Positions 55,735-64,000 of a DNA stretch of 64,000 nucleotides are shown here, piece after piece. The translations under genes were made by a program, and so were the position numbers. Numbering within the stretch: the stretch's first letter is position 1; each line of letters opens with the position of its first letter. This DNA is from Candidatus Saccharimonadales bacterium (GTDB lineage: Bacteria; Patescibacteriota; Saccharimonadia; Saccharimonadales; JAXHNE01). The stretch covers positions 56,798-120,797 of the forward strand of contig JBFIJL010000001.1 of assembly GCA_041600755.1 (NCBI GenBank), given 5' to 3'. Below the pieces are notes generated by a model. The model made no database searches and was not told where the DNA came from. It saw only the letters and a program-made list of their open reading frames with translations.

Positions 55735-55789
55735 GTTTATTTTTAGTTTACAGCTTCTACTTTACAAGAATTATTGTAAAGTGACAATG

Positions 55790-56179
55790 CTAGCGCTTTT
55801 GTACAGTGATATGCGGATCAGATCCATAAACAGGAACAATAAACGCTGATCCTGAACCCTCAGCCAATAATTTAACACCACGAATAAGCCAATCGTCCCC
55901 GCTGACACCTGCAATAGGGATTGAATAGCTGTTGGCAATAGCGTTAACGACCGACGCACCAATGCGCAACCCAGTGAAGCTTCCTGGGCCGCTATAAAAA
56001 ACAATGCCATTTATATTTTTCAAGCTTTGAGATTGACGAAGCAATATAGTGTCGATGCGATTCGATATAGTTTCGCCTAGCATACGATGCGCCTTCCACA
56101 CCTCAGAATCAATAACGTTACCTTCTTGCAATAAGTGTAGCTCCGCGTCGGGCTGATCAGTTCGAATAGCCAATATCAC
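55790..56179 (-). CDS. tsaB: tRNA threonylcarbamoyladenosine biosynthesis protein TsaB-like (short, N-terminal domain only)
   Basis: MILAIRTDQPDAELHLL...YSGPGSFTGLRIGASVVNAIANSYSIPIAGVS matches the YeaZ/TsaB N-terminal half; 129 aa. Confidence 0.6.
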   Translation of the reverse strand: MILAIRTDQPDAELHLLQEGNVIDSEVWKAHRMLGETISNRIDTILLRQSQSLKNINGIVFYSGPGSFTGLRIGASVVNAIANSYSIPIAGVSGDDWLIRGVKLLAEGSGSAFIVPVYGSDPHITVQKR

Positions 56180-56196
56180 GTAATGTACACCTATTA

Positions 56197-57288
56197 CTAA
56201 AGTCCTGAACCACTAGTGGACACACTGCAGTCCGTTAAAACCTCAATGCTGACGGATACATTTCTCTCTGAGCCACTATTGCCATCATTTGAATATACAT
56301 AGCTCTTGGGCTGCTGGTACTTGAACCTATTCTGAGGAACGCCACGCTTTACAAGTTCATCCTCGATTTTTTTGGCACGTTGCTCTGCTAAAATCTTACC
56401 AGCTGAACTTTGAGATGATTCATACGCACTGCCCTGTAGTGATATGTTGAAAGCCTTGGATGAATTCTCGTTATATATACGAGCTAGTTCGTCTAGATGA
56501 TCCACTTCAACGTCTGGGTACTTAAACTGGGTGGAGTCTGGCAAGAAAAAGTACGATTGGACGCTATAGCTAGTTATTGAAACCGCCAACTCATTGCCTT
56601 CATCGTCATAATTCTTTTCATATCCAATTGGCTGAAGAGGAATGATTTTTTTAATGTCATCGTGAGTCAGGCAGGCCAGATCATTGACCGGCTGAATTGC
56701 TGTCGGCGCCTCCTCTTGAACCTCTTCTTCTTTGTTGGAATTACTGCTTTCACTAGGAATTAGTTTTAAATCATCTCCAACGAATACAGCTGTAACTTCC
56801 CAAGTGTCATCATTTTTTTCAACGTGTGTTCTGATTTGACCCACCTTGGCACCGCTCAACTCATACAAATAATAGCGAGTACTGTCCTTTGTTGCTGAGT
56901 CAATTAGCTTAAAGCCGTCACCACGTACGCTTTCAGATATTCCAGCAAAGAATTTCTCTGTACTGGCGTCACCTTCGGCAAGATTCTTGACTTCTTCGAC
57001 AGTACCCTTCTGAAGAGTGGTAACAAAGAAGTCCGAAGCTGCACGAGCACGTGCGGCCTGCAATCCAGTCAGCACCATGAAGACAAATATTAATCCTATG
57101 ATCACCGCCAATGCACCAATGGCAATTAAGACAACCTTCAAAATTGAGTTTTTCTTATGAACCGGGTTCGGGACAGTTAGCGGGGGTTGAGGGGGTTGTA
57201 TTGGTTGAGATGGCTGTACTGGTTGAGGGGGTTGTATTGGTTGAGGGGGCTGTATTGGTTGAGGCGTTGGGGTGTTCTGCTGATCCAT
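56197..57288 (-). CDS. Proline-rich membrane protein with C-terminal OmpA-like domain
   Basis: N-terminal PQPIQPPQP repeats (DNA tandem repeats ~57170-57280), TM helix, C-terminal ...LAEQRAKKIEDELVKRGVPQNRF... (OmpA/MotB-like peptidoglycan-binding motif). Confidence 0.5.
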   Translation of the reverse strand: MDQQNTPTPQPIQPPQPIQPPQPVQPSQPIQPPQPPLTVPNPVHKKNSILKVVLIAIGALAVIIGLIFVFMVLTGLQAARARAASDFFVTTLQKGTVEEVKNLAEGDASTEKFFAGISESVRGDGFKLIDSATKDSTRYYLYELSGAKVGQIRTHVEKNDDTWEVTAVFVGDDLKLIPSESSNSNKEEEVQEEAPTAIQPVNDLACLTHDDIKKIIPLQPIGYEKNYDDEGNELAVSITSYSVQSYFFLPDSTQFKYPDVEVDHLDELARIYNENSSKAFNISLQGSAYESSQSSAGKILAEQRAKKIEDELVKRGVPQNRFKYQQPKSYVYSNDGNSGSERNVSVSIEVLTDCSVSTSGSGL

Positions 57289-57339
57289 AAAAAATACTCC
57301 TTATATACTCTTAACAAAATAATAACATAACCGAAATTA

Positions 57340-57795
57340 TCAAATTTTATTCGCCAGCAAATAAGCTAGCGAGGATTCGTACTCAAGATGTATTTCTCGC
57401 ACTGAATCATCTACTGCACTCAAACGTATTGCAAGTCGATTTTCTGGAAGCACATGCTGAGCTCCGTCAGCCCACTCTACGACTACTACCGCACTGGGGT
57501 CTCCAACGAGATCTTCTAGCTCGTGTGCATTCAACCCAGGGTCATTAAGCCTATAGAAATCAAAATGATGAATTTCAAACTTTGGTGTTTCGTATACTTT
57601 GCTAACTGTAAAGGTTGGGCTTGATACTGCATCAGAACTTCCCGCTCCGCGAGCTAGTCCACGCGTAAAAGTTGTCTTGCCGCCGCCAAGATCTGCAATA
57701 AGCTCTATCACTTCACCTCCTTGCAAGCGCTGACCAATATTCATAGCAAAAGCTTCGGTTTCCTCTGGTGATACGGTCGTGATCGTGTATTTCAT
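57340..57795 (-). CDS. tsaE: tRNA threonylcarbamoyladenosine biosynthesis protein TsaE (YjeE ATPase)
   Basis: P-loop LIADLGGGKTTFTRGLARG and overall 151-aa size. Confidence 0.8.
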   Translation of the reverse strand: MKYTITTVSPEETEAFAMNIGQRLQGGEVIELIADLGGGKTTFTRGLARGAGSSDAVSSPTFTVSKVYETPKFEIHHFDFYRLNDPGLNAHELEDLVGDPSAVVVVEWADGAQHVLPENRLAIRLSAVDDSVREIHLEYESSLAYLLANKI

Positions 57796-57870
57796 AACTT
57801 TAGAGACTAATAATAGCCTGAAAACTCACTTCGCACCAAACACACAGGATGCGGTACAATAAACTGCGAA

Positions 57871-58404
57871 ATGCTACAGCTTAGTGCCGCCTACTACAAT
57901 CGACCAATCATGAGCCTTCGTACCGGGGGTGAAATTGCCACTGCCATAGAGCCATTAATTGACCCTAATAACCTAAAAATCGTCGGCTACTTTTGCCAAG
58001 ATAAATTTAGTGGCGCAGAGCTCATCCTATTGAGCCAGGATATTCGTGACGTATTGCCTCAAGGTTTTGCGGTCAATGATCATGATGTGCTTGCTGAAGC
58101 CGAAGACCTTGTCAGGCACAAAAAAATTATCGAAATCCGATACCAACTACTCGGCCAGCCAGTTATTGCAGGTAAAAGAAAAAGGCTCGGCAGGGTTGTA
58201 GATTACGCTGTAGAAGCGGAGACAATGTACGTTCAAAAACTATACGTTGGTCAGCACCTGCTTAAAAGCTTCACGAATGGGCAGCTCAGCGTGACTCGGG
58301 ACCGAATAGTTGAAATCTCACCAAAACACATTCAAGTCAAAGATCCAAAAGAGAAAATTAAGCAAACCAATTCGGTTCGACGCGTCGCACCCGCTACGAC
58401 TTAA
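57871..58404 (+). CDS. PRC-barrel-like domain protein
   Basis: Two PRC-barrel-like halves (…IMSLRTGGEIATAIEPLID…; …VIAGKRKRLGRVVDYAVEAE…). Confidence 0.35.
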   Translation: MLQLSAAYYNRPIMSLRTGGEIATAIEPLIDPNNLKIVGYFCQDKFSGAELILLSQDIRDVLPQGFAVNDHDVLAEAEDLVRHKKIIEIRYQLLGQPVIAGKRKRLGRVVDYAVEAETMYVQKLYVGQHLLKSFTNGQLSVTRDRIVEISPKHIQVKDPKEKIKQTNSVRRVAPATT

Positions 58405-59009
58405 TCAGTCTGTTCATCTAAAACTGATTTAATATCCCCATAATTAAAGCCTTGTCTAGCCAGGAATTGCATAAATTTTTGCTTGTCTGCCTTAAAGCGC
58501 GATAAGTGTTTTTTACGATCAACAAGTGCACGAAGCACCTCCAGCTCATCTGTCTCATCTTCCCTGAGCGCTTCATCAATAATATTCGAAGCTACTCTTT
58601 TTTGCTGCAACTCCATGCGCAGCTTTCGCTCGCTAGTTGGCTTTAGTAATCTACGATTCTCAATCCAGCGACGTGCGAATGAACTATCGTCGATCAGCTT
58701 CAGTGATTCTAGTTTTTTGAGCAATGACTCTGCCGTTTCTGAATCTGTTTTTTTACGGTCTAAATAACTTTGCAGCTCCCACCTACTTCTCGGACGCGTC
58801 GCCAGTAAACCCAACAAGCGATCATATAGCTTGCCGTCTTCTGAGGCTTTTTTAAGTTTGGCAATGTCCGACTCCTGCAACTCATCGCCAATACGTAGTC
58901 CTGCCTCCAGCAGGCCATCTTGACTGAGTGAGAAACTGTACTTCTCGTCTATAAAAATCGAAAACCGTGACTTATTTTTAACCTGCACGGAAATTGCAGT
59001 TACCTTCAA
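58401..59009 (-). CDS. recX: RecX-like regulatory protein
   Basis: Helical-repeat, Arg/Lys-rich 202-aa protein two genes downstream of recA (separated by a membrane-hydrolase-like gene and a small ORF); ...AESLLKKLESLKLIDDSSFARRWIENR... resembles RecX repeats. Confidence 0.55.
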   Translation of the reverse strand: MKVTAISVQVKNKSRFSIFIDEKYSFSLSQDGLLEAGLRIGDELQESDIAKLKKASEDGKLYDRLLGLLATRPRSRWELQSYLDRKKTDSETAESLLKKLESLKLIDDSSFARRWIENRRLLKPTSERKLRMELQQKRVASNIIDEALREDETDELEVLRALVDRKKHLSRFKADKQKFMQFLARQGFNYGDIKSVLDEQTD

Positions 59010-59458
59010 GCAACACTCCAGAACATCGCAGCAAGCACAACTCCAATCACTAACTCAATATATATGCCGCTTTTAAATTCATAACGTTGGATATCTTTAT
59101 GAAACTGCGACAATCTGCCTTTTGGAGCAGGAGGCAACTTGCCAAATTGCTCTTGTATGGAAAATTTATAAAGCCAAACAAAATCAGGAGATAGCGCTAC
59201 CAACATGCACACTCCAACTAGCCACGGTTGAGCCATGAATGCAAACGCCAGTAAAGCAAGAGCGATAAAAGTATCGATGCGCGTCACAGTAGTAAAAATT
59301 TCAGGGCGTCTTCCGATGCTTTTATCAAACTTCACACCAAAGTGCGGCAGTGCATCGAGCACGAAGTGGCTCAAAAAGGCCAACGGCACGGCGGCAAATG
59401 GGTTTGTGATCGTTAGCCCAATCAGCCCACCGGTCAAAAAATGATTCGTCCCAGTCAT
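59006..59458 (-). CDS. Membrane-bound metal-dependent hydrolase-like protein (DUF457/YdjM-like)
   Basis: MTGTNHFLTGGLIGL...LSHFVLDALPHFG N-terminal His-rich motif and 3-4 TM helices as in YdjM. Confidence 0.4.
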   Translation of the reverse strand: MTGTNHFLTGGLIGLTITNPFAAVPLAFLSHFVLDALPHFGVKFDKSIGRRPEIFTTVTRIDTFIALALLAFAFMAQPWLVGVCMLVALSPDFVWLYKFSIQEQFGKLPPAPKGRLSQFHKDIQRYEFKSGIYIELVIGVVLAAMFWSVA

Positions 59459-59724
59459 TATTCTACAGTCTCGACCTCAACTGAAGATCGGACCCAAACT
59501 CTACCCAAAACTTGACCAGTATCATCAAGCTTCTCAATACATGACACACCCTGAACCGATACGTCATCTGCTCTTTTATGCGTTTCAAGGAAAAGCAACG
59601 CCGCTTCCGAGCGCGACTCTTCATGATCAATATCTGCCGCAACCCTAGGTTTAATAGATGATCTATCTAGGAATAATCTATGCGGAAAATCTGTATTCGG
59701 AGTTTTATGCTGCTCCGATGCCAT
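59458..59724 (-). CDS. Small hypothetical protein
   Basis: Start trimmed to the internal Met so as not to overlap recA. Confidence 0.3.
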   Translation of the reverse strand: MASEQHKTPNTDFPHRLFLDRSSIKPRVAADIDHEESRSEAALLFLETHKRADDVSVQGVSCIEKLDDTGQVLGRVWVRSSVEVETVE

Positions 59725-59725
59725 A

Positions 59726-60769
59726 CTATGCCTCAGCCTTTGCTGCTGCAGCGCGAACTTTTTTATCAATTTCTTTTAGTACTTTTGGATTTTCTTCTAG
59801 GTATGTCTTGGTTGCTTCACGACCTTGGCCGATTTTTGCATCAGCGTAGGCGTACCAAGCACCGGCTTTTTCGACGATGTCGTATTTAACAGCGAGGTCA
59901 AGTACATCTCCAGAAATCGAGATTCCCTTGTTGTACATGATGTCAAATTCAGCAACGCGGAACGGAGGCGCGATCTTGTTCTTTACCACTTTTACCTTAA
60001 CGTGGTTACCAATAATGTCGTCACCATTTTTGATTTGGGCAGCCCGGCGAATATCCATGCGAACGCTTGCGTAAAACTTCAGTGCATTTCCGCCAGTAGT
60101 GGTTTCTGGATTACCAAACATAACACCAATCTTCATGCGTATCTGGTTGATGAAGATAACTGTAGTCTTGCTGCGAGAAATTACGCCCGTTAGCTTACGT
60201 AGCGCCTGGCTCATCAAACGAGCCTGGAGCCCCATGTGGCTATCGCCCATGTCGCCTTCGATTTCTGCACGTGGCGTTAGCGCTGCAACAGAGTCAACAA
60301 CAATCAAATCGACTGCATTTGAACGAACAAGAGTCTCGACAATTTCTAGCGCCTGCTCACCATTATCTGGCTGCGAAAGAAGTAGGTTATCGACATCTAC
60401 GCCAATTCGGCGAGCATAAGACGGGTCAAGTGCGTGCTCTGCGTCAATAAATGCAGCAGTGCCACCAGTTTTCTGAACTTCTGCAATGGCGTGAAGCGTA
60501 AGCGTTGTTTTACCACTAGATTCTGGACCATAGACCTCTACGATTCGTCCACGCGGAATTCCTCCGCCGAGTGCCAGGTCAAGCCCTAGACTACCTGTGC
60601 CAGTTGTTTCTACGTCAATCTTGTGCGATTCGCCAAGCTTCATGATTGAGCCTTTGCCGAACTGTTTTTCAATTTGATCAAGCGCCAAGCCCAAGGCTTT
60701 ATTTTTTCCTTCAGAATCTCCAGTTACGTCTTTTCCAATAACTTTTTTCTCTTTTTCAGCCTTTGCCAT
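59726..60769 (-). CDS. recA: Recombinase RecA
   Basis: [17 protein letters not shown] (Walker A), ...IDAEHALDP..., ...VDSVAAL..., L2 loop region; 347 aa. Confidence 0.95.
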   Translation of the reverse strand: MAKAEKEKKVIGKDVTGDSEGKNKALGLALDQIEKQFGKGSIMKLGESHKIDVETTGTGSLGLDLALGGGIPRGRIVEVYGPESSGKTTLTLHAIAEVQKTGGTAAFIDAEHALDPSYARRIGVDVDNLLLSQPDNGEQALEIVETLVRSNAVDLIVVDSVAALTPRAEIEGDMGDSHMGLQARLMSQALRKLTGVISRSKTTVIFINQIRMKIGVMFGNPETTTGGNALKFYASVRMDIRRAAQIKNGDDIIGNHVKVKVVKNKIAPPFRVAEFDIMYNKGISISGDVLDLAVKYDIVEKAGAWYAYADAKIGQGREATKTYLEENPKVLKEIDKKVRAAAAKAEA

Positions 60770-60795
60770 AAGTTGTATTCCCTCCGTCAGTAGTT

Positions 60796-62616
60796 ATGAG
60801 TCTTATTATAACATCCAGGTGTAGACCAGACACCAATAAAGCTTTATACTTACCAACCGTAAGCACTATGAGAATTTCAGATTCATTCGTCGAACAACTA
60901 CTCCAAAAAATGGACGTCAAGAAAGATCAACTTGATGATCTGCATGCACGTGTCAAAGAAGAAAAGAAGCCACTTCAGGATGTTGTATTATCCTCAAATC
61001 TGATAAGCGAAGCTGAGCTAACTAAGGCCTATGCCGAAGAAATTGATGTACCGTTTGTAGAAATTGACGTCAAAGGCCTCAACAAAGAACTCCTTCACCT
61101 TGTGCCTGAGAGAATTGCTCGTCAATATAGCGCTGTCATTACAGGAGTCGACGACGATGGCTCCAAGCAAATTGCACTAGCCGATCCAGATGACGTTCAG
61201 GCAATTAACTTCCTGCAGAAACTACTTGGCAGTCAAATTATTATAAGCGTCGCTACGCGAACCAACATACTAAACGCACTTGATCAATACCGCGGAAACA
61301 TTGGCAGCGAAATCACCAAAGCCGCTGGCGAAACAGGCGATGATGAAGATGACGAGGACGTCAGCGATGAAGATGTGGCTGAGGATTCACCAATTGCCCA
61401 AACCGTAAACTTGATCATCGAGTATGCGATCAAGTCTGGGGCCAGCGATATTCATATCGAACCTCGCGACAAGCATTTGCAAATCCGCTATCGAATCGAT
61501 GGCGTACTGCGCGAAGCCAATAAATTACCACGCAAGACTCAATCAGCCCTAGTGTCACGTATTAAAATTTTATCTAACCTGAAGATTGACGAACGCCGCG
61601 CACCACAAGACGGTCGCTTCAAAATAAATCTCAACGACCGGATTTTTGCATTCCGCGTCTCTACCCTCCCAGTTCAAGATGGCGAAAAGGTAGTTATGCG
61701 TGTACTTGACGAGTCGAGTGAACCGCTCAGCCTTCAAAAGCTTGGCTTCTGGGGATTGGCACTTGAAAATATTCAAAAAGCCATCAAGCAGCCTCACGGG
61801 ATGCTTCTTGTTACCGGCCCAACAGGATCTGGTAAATCTACTACGCTGCACAGTGTTCTGAATATTCTAAATAAGCCCGACGTCAACATTTCCACCGTTG
61901 AAGATCCTGTAGAATACCGGCTAGAAGGCGTCAATCAAACTCAGGTGAACGTCAAGGCTGGTATGACTTTTGTAAATGGTCTGCGTGCACTTCTCAGACA
62001 AGATCCGAACGTCATCATGGTGGGGGAAATTCGTGACGGCGAAACTGCAGGTCTTGGTGTTCAGGCTGCGCTAACTGGCCACCTCGTGTTCTCAACTCTG
62101 CACACCAACAACGCTGCCACTTGTTTGCCGCGTCTCCTTGACATGAACATCGAGCCCTTCCTGATTGCCAGCGTGGTTCGCGTTGTTATAGGTCAACGTC
62201 TTGTGCGTCGTATTGTGCCTGAAGAATGCGAAGAGTACGAACCAGATGCCAAGCAAAAGGCTGAAATTGAGCGTGCATTTGGAATCAAAACTGCAGCCGA
62301 TTGGAAGCAGATTCAAGATCTTGTAGACAAGGCACGTGAGGCATTTGATACACCAAAATCAAACAAAATAACTTTCTGGCGACCAAAGAGCGACCTTAAA
62401 GACACCCACACTGGCTACCGAGGGCGAATGGGCATCTATGAAGTGCTTGCGATTAGTAGTGAAATCGAAAAAATGATTGTCGCAAATGCAACTAGTGATG
62501 ACATTCAAAATCAAGCAATAAAGGACGGCATGTCCACCATGCAGCTTGATGGTCTTATTAAAGCCGCGATTGGCATGACGAGTATTGAAGAGATCCTGCG
62601 AGTAACCAGAGAGTAG
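60796..62616 (+). CDS. pilB: Type IV pilus assembly / type II secretion ATPase (PilB/GspE family)
   Basis: Walker A LVTGPTGSGKSTTL, Asp box, Walker B ...VIMVGEIRD..., His box ...GHLVFSTLHTN...; N1 domain with EAELTKAYAEEIDVPFVEI. Confidence 0.9.
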   Translation: MSLIITSRCRPDTNKALYLPTVSTMRISDSFVEQLLQKMDVKKDQLDDLHARVKEEKKPLQDVVLSSNLISEAELTKAYAEEIDVPFVEIDVKGLNKELLHLVPERIARQYSAVITGVDDDGSKQIALADPDDVQAINFLQKLLGSQIIISVATRTNILNALDQYRGNIGSEITKAAGETGDDEDDEDVSDEDVAEDSPIAQTVNLIIEYAIKSGASDIHIEPRDKHLQIRYRIDGVLREANKLPRKTQSALVSRIKILSNLKIDERRAPQDGRFKINLNDRIFAFRVSTLPVQDGEKVVMRVLDESSEPLSLQKLGFWGLALENIQKAIKQPHGMLLVTGPTGSGKSTTLHSVLNILNKPDVNISTVEDPVEYRLEGVNQTQVNVKAGMTFVNGLRALLRQDPNVIMVGEIRDGETAGLGVQAALTGHLVFSTLHTNNAATCLPRLLDMNIEPFLIASVVRVVIGQRLVRRIVPEECEEYEPDAKQKAEIERAFGIKTAADWKQIQDLVDKAREAFDTPKSNKITFWRPKSDLKDTHTGYRGRMGIYEVLAISSEIEKMIVANATSDDIQNQAIKDGMSTMQLDGLIKAAIGMTSIEEILRVTRE

Positions 62617-62618
62617 TC

Positions 62619-63833
62619 ATGAAATTCACTTATACAGCAATAAATGCCGACGCCAAACGGACATCAGGATCAATCGAAGCTCCCAACCAGACTCTTGCAA
62701 ATGAGTACCTACAAAAACGTGGCCTAAAGCCACTGGTAGTCAAACAAGCGAAGAAAGGTGGGATTGACCTCAAGAACCTCTCAATCGGCAACAAAATAAA
62801 ACTACGCGATCTTGTCATATTCACCCGCCAGCTTTCAACAATGATTAACGCAGGAGTGCCGCTTGTTAAATCCTTAGCAACCCTCAATCAGCAGACTGAA
62901 AATCCAAAATTCAAAGAACACATCGATGACATAACCAAAGAAGTTGAAGGCGGCATGTCCTTTGCTGACACTCTCGAAAAACACAAAGAAGTATTTTCCC
63001 CAATTTATATAAATATGGTGCGAGCTGGTGAAGCGGGAGGAATCCTAGATGATATTCTAAAGAAACTTGCCATACAGCAAGAAAAAGACGCCTCGATTCG
63101 CGCTAAGTTCAAGAGCGCTATGACCTATCCTATAATTTTGCTATCAATCACACTACTGGTTTTCCTTGGACTCATGTTAATTGCCATGCCTAAAATTGGT
63201 GGCATTATTACCGATCTTGCTGGACCCGACGCAGAACTACCCCAGCTCACTCAAATTATGCTTAATATAAGCGCTGCAATGGTTAATTTCTGGTACATTA
63301 TCATCTTTGGTGGCATTGGGCTTGGAATCTTCCTTAAGCGCTATACCAAAACTGAGCGCGGCCGCATGCAAAAAGACAAGTTCCTGCTAAAAGTACCGGT
63401 GCTGGGTGTTGTTGTTACCAAGGTCGCAATTGCCAGATTTTCACGTATTTTCGCGTCGCTCATGAGTGCTGGTGTATCTGTTACAGAAACACTGATTGTC
63501 ACCTCTGGCGCAATCGGCAATGCAGTCATCGAGCAAGAACTGAAACAGGCTGCGAAAGAAGTAACCAACGGCCGACAGCTTTCTGAACCACTGCTTGAGA
63601 GTAAAATATTTCCACCAATTGTTGGGCAAATGTTATCAATTGGTGAAGAAACGGGTCAAACAGATCAGATTTTAATAAAGGTTGCTGATTTTTATGAAGA
63701 AGAGATTGATGCAGTGGTTGAAAGCCTAAGTTCAATATTGGAGCCGATCATGATCGTCGTCATGGGTGCAATGGTTGCGCTAATTGCTGCCAGTGTCATC
63801 GGCCCTATCAGCAGCCTCTCGAGTCAGATATAG
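62619..63833 (+). CDS. pilC: Type IV pilus inner-membrane platform protein (PilC/GspF family)
   Basis: Two GspF repeats (…FTRQLSTMINAGVPLVKSL… and …FSRIFASLMSAGVSVTETL…) and 3 TM helices; 404 aa. Confidence 0.9.
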   Translation: MKFTYTAINADAKRTSGSIEAPNQTLANEYLQKRGLKPLVVKQAKKGGIDLKNLSIGNKIKLRDLVIFTRQLSTMINAGVPLVKSLATLNQQTENPKFKEHIDDITKEVEGGMSFADTLEKHKEVFSPIYINMVRAGEAGGILDDILKKLAIQQEKDASIRAKFKSAMTYPIILLSITLLVFLGLMLIAMPKIGGIITDLAGPDAELPQLTQIMLNISAAMVNFWYIIIFGGIGLGIFLKRYTKTERGRMQKDKFLLKVPVLGVVVTKVAIARFSRIFASLMSAGVSVTETLIVTSGAIGNAVIEQELKQAAKEVTNGRQLSEPLLESKIFPPIVGQMLSIGEETGQTDQILIKVADFYEEEIDAVVESLSSILEPIMIVVMGAMVALIAASVIGPISSLSSQI

Positions 63834-63941
63834 AAAAATATACTTGCAAGCCATTGCGCTTATGGTAGTCTATAGACATAAGTCTACACATGTGACTTCA
63901 AACGTAACATTACAAATAAATTCAAGGAGGGTGGGAACCCA

Positions 63942-64000
63942 TGCTTAAAACATTAAAAAATAGTAAAGGTTTTACAATTATCGAACTTTTGATCGTGATT
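63942..64000 (+). CDS. Type IV pilin/pseudopilin (5' partial, truncated by window end)
   Basis: MLKTLKNSKGFTIIELLIVI: class III signal peptide with the G|FTxxE prepilin cleavage/methylation motif; RBS AGGAGG upstream. Confidence 0.75.

Overview
The window reads as low-to-moderate GC bacterial chromosome with compact, mostly minus-strand operons. Lineage is inferred from gene content only (type IV pilus genes, sortase/LPXTG and lamin-tail-domain surface proteins, several stand-alone receiver proteins, four tandem single-domain response regulators, many small hypotheticals); it is compatible with a Patescibacteria/CPR (Saccharibacteria-like) or other small Gram-positive-type genome. Recognised housekeeping genes include rsmA, the G5-domain wall protein gene, uvrD/pcrA, tpiA-pgk-pyk, murD/murI/folD, murB, glyA, murA, rny-ymdB, tsaB/tsaE, recA/recX and pilB/pilC/pilin. 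RNA genes: tmRNA (ssrA) and seven tRNAs (Glu-TTC, Lys-CTT, Arg-TCG, His-GTG with encoded G-1, Arg-TCT, Gly-TCC, Pro-TGG). The most unusual signal is recurrent. tmRNA, tRNA-Arg(TCG), tRNA-Gly, tRNA-Glu and tRNA-Pro are each followed by their own terminator, a 55-160 bp segment and then a direct partial copy of the gene's last 12-19 nt, whose 5' boundary falls in the T-loop 3' half. The intervening segments share motifs between loci. This looks like the scar of a family of small integrative or att-flanked elements that target tRNA/tmRNA 3' ends. At tRNA-Pro the same site holds a ~4.7 kb AT-rich island bounded by 10-nt direct repeats. It carries a nonsense- and frameshift-disrupted large serine recombinase whose C-terminus is encoded by the tRNA 3' end, a DUF218 protein, a GNAT acetyltransferase and a 425-aa unknown cargo protein. 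Other notable items: an HTH(XRE)-MurA fusion, a sortase paralog lacking the catalytic Cys next to an intact sortase and a surface protein, a tight three-gene operon ending in an AstE/AspA-like deacylase, pyruvoyl-dependent arginine decarboxylase, a CYTH protein beside rny-ymdB, and a YdjM-like membrane hydrolase between recA and recX.
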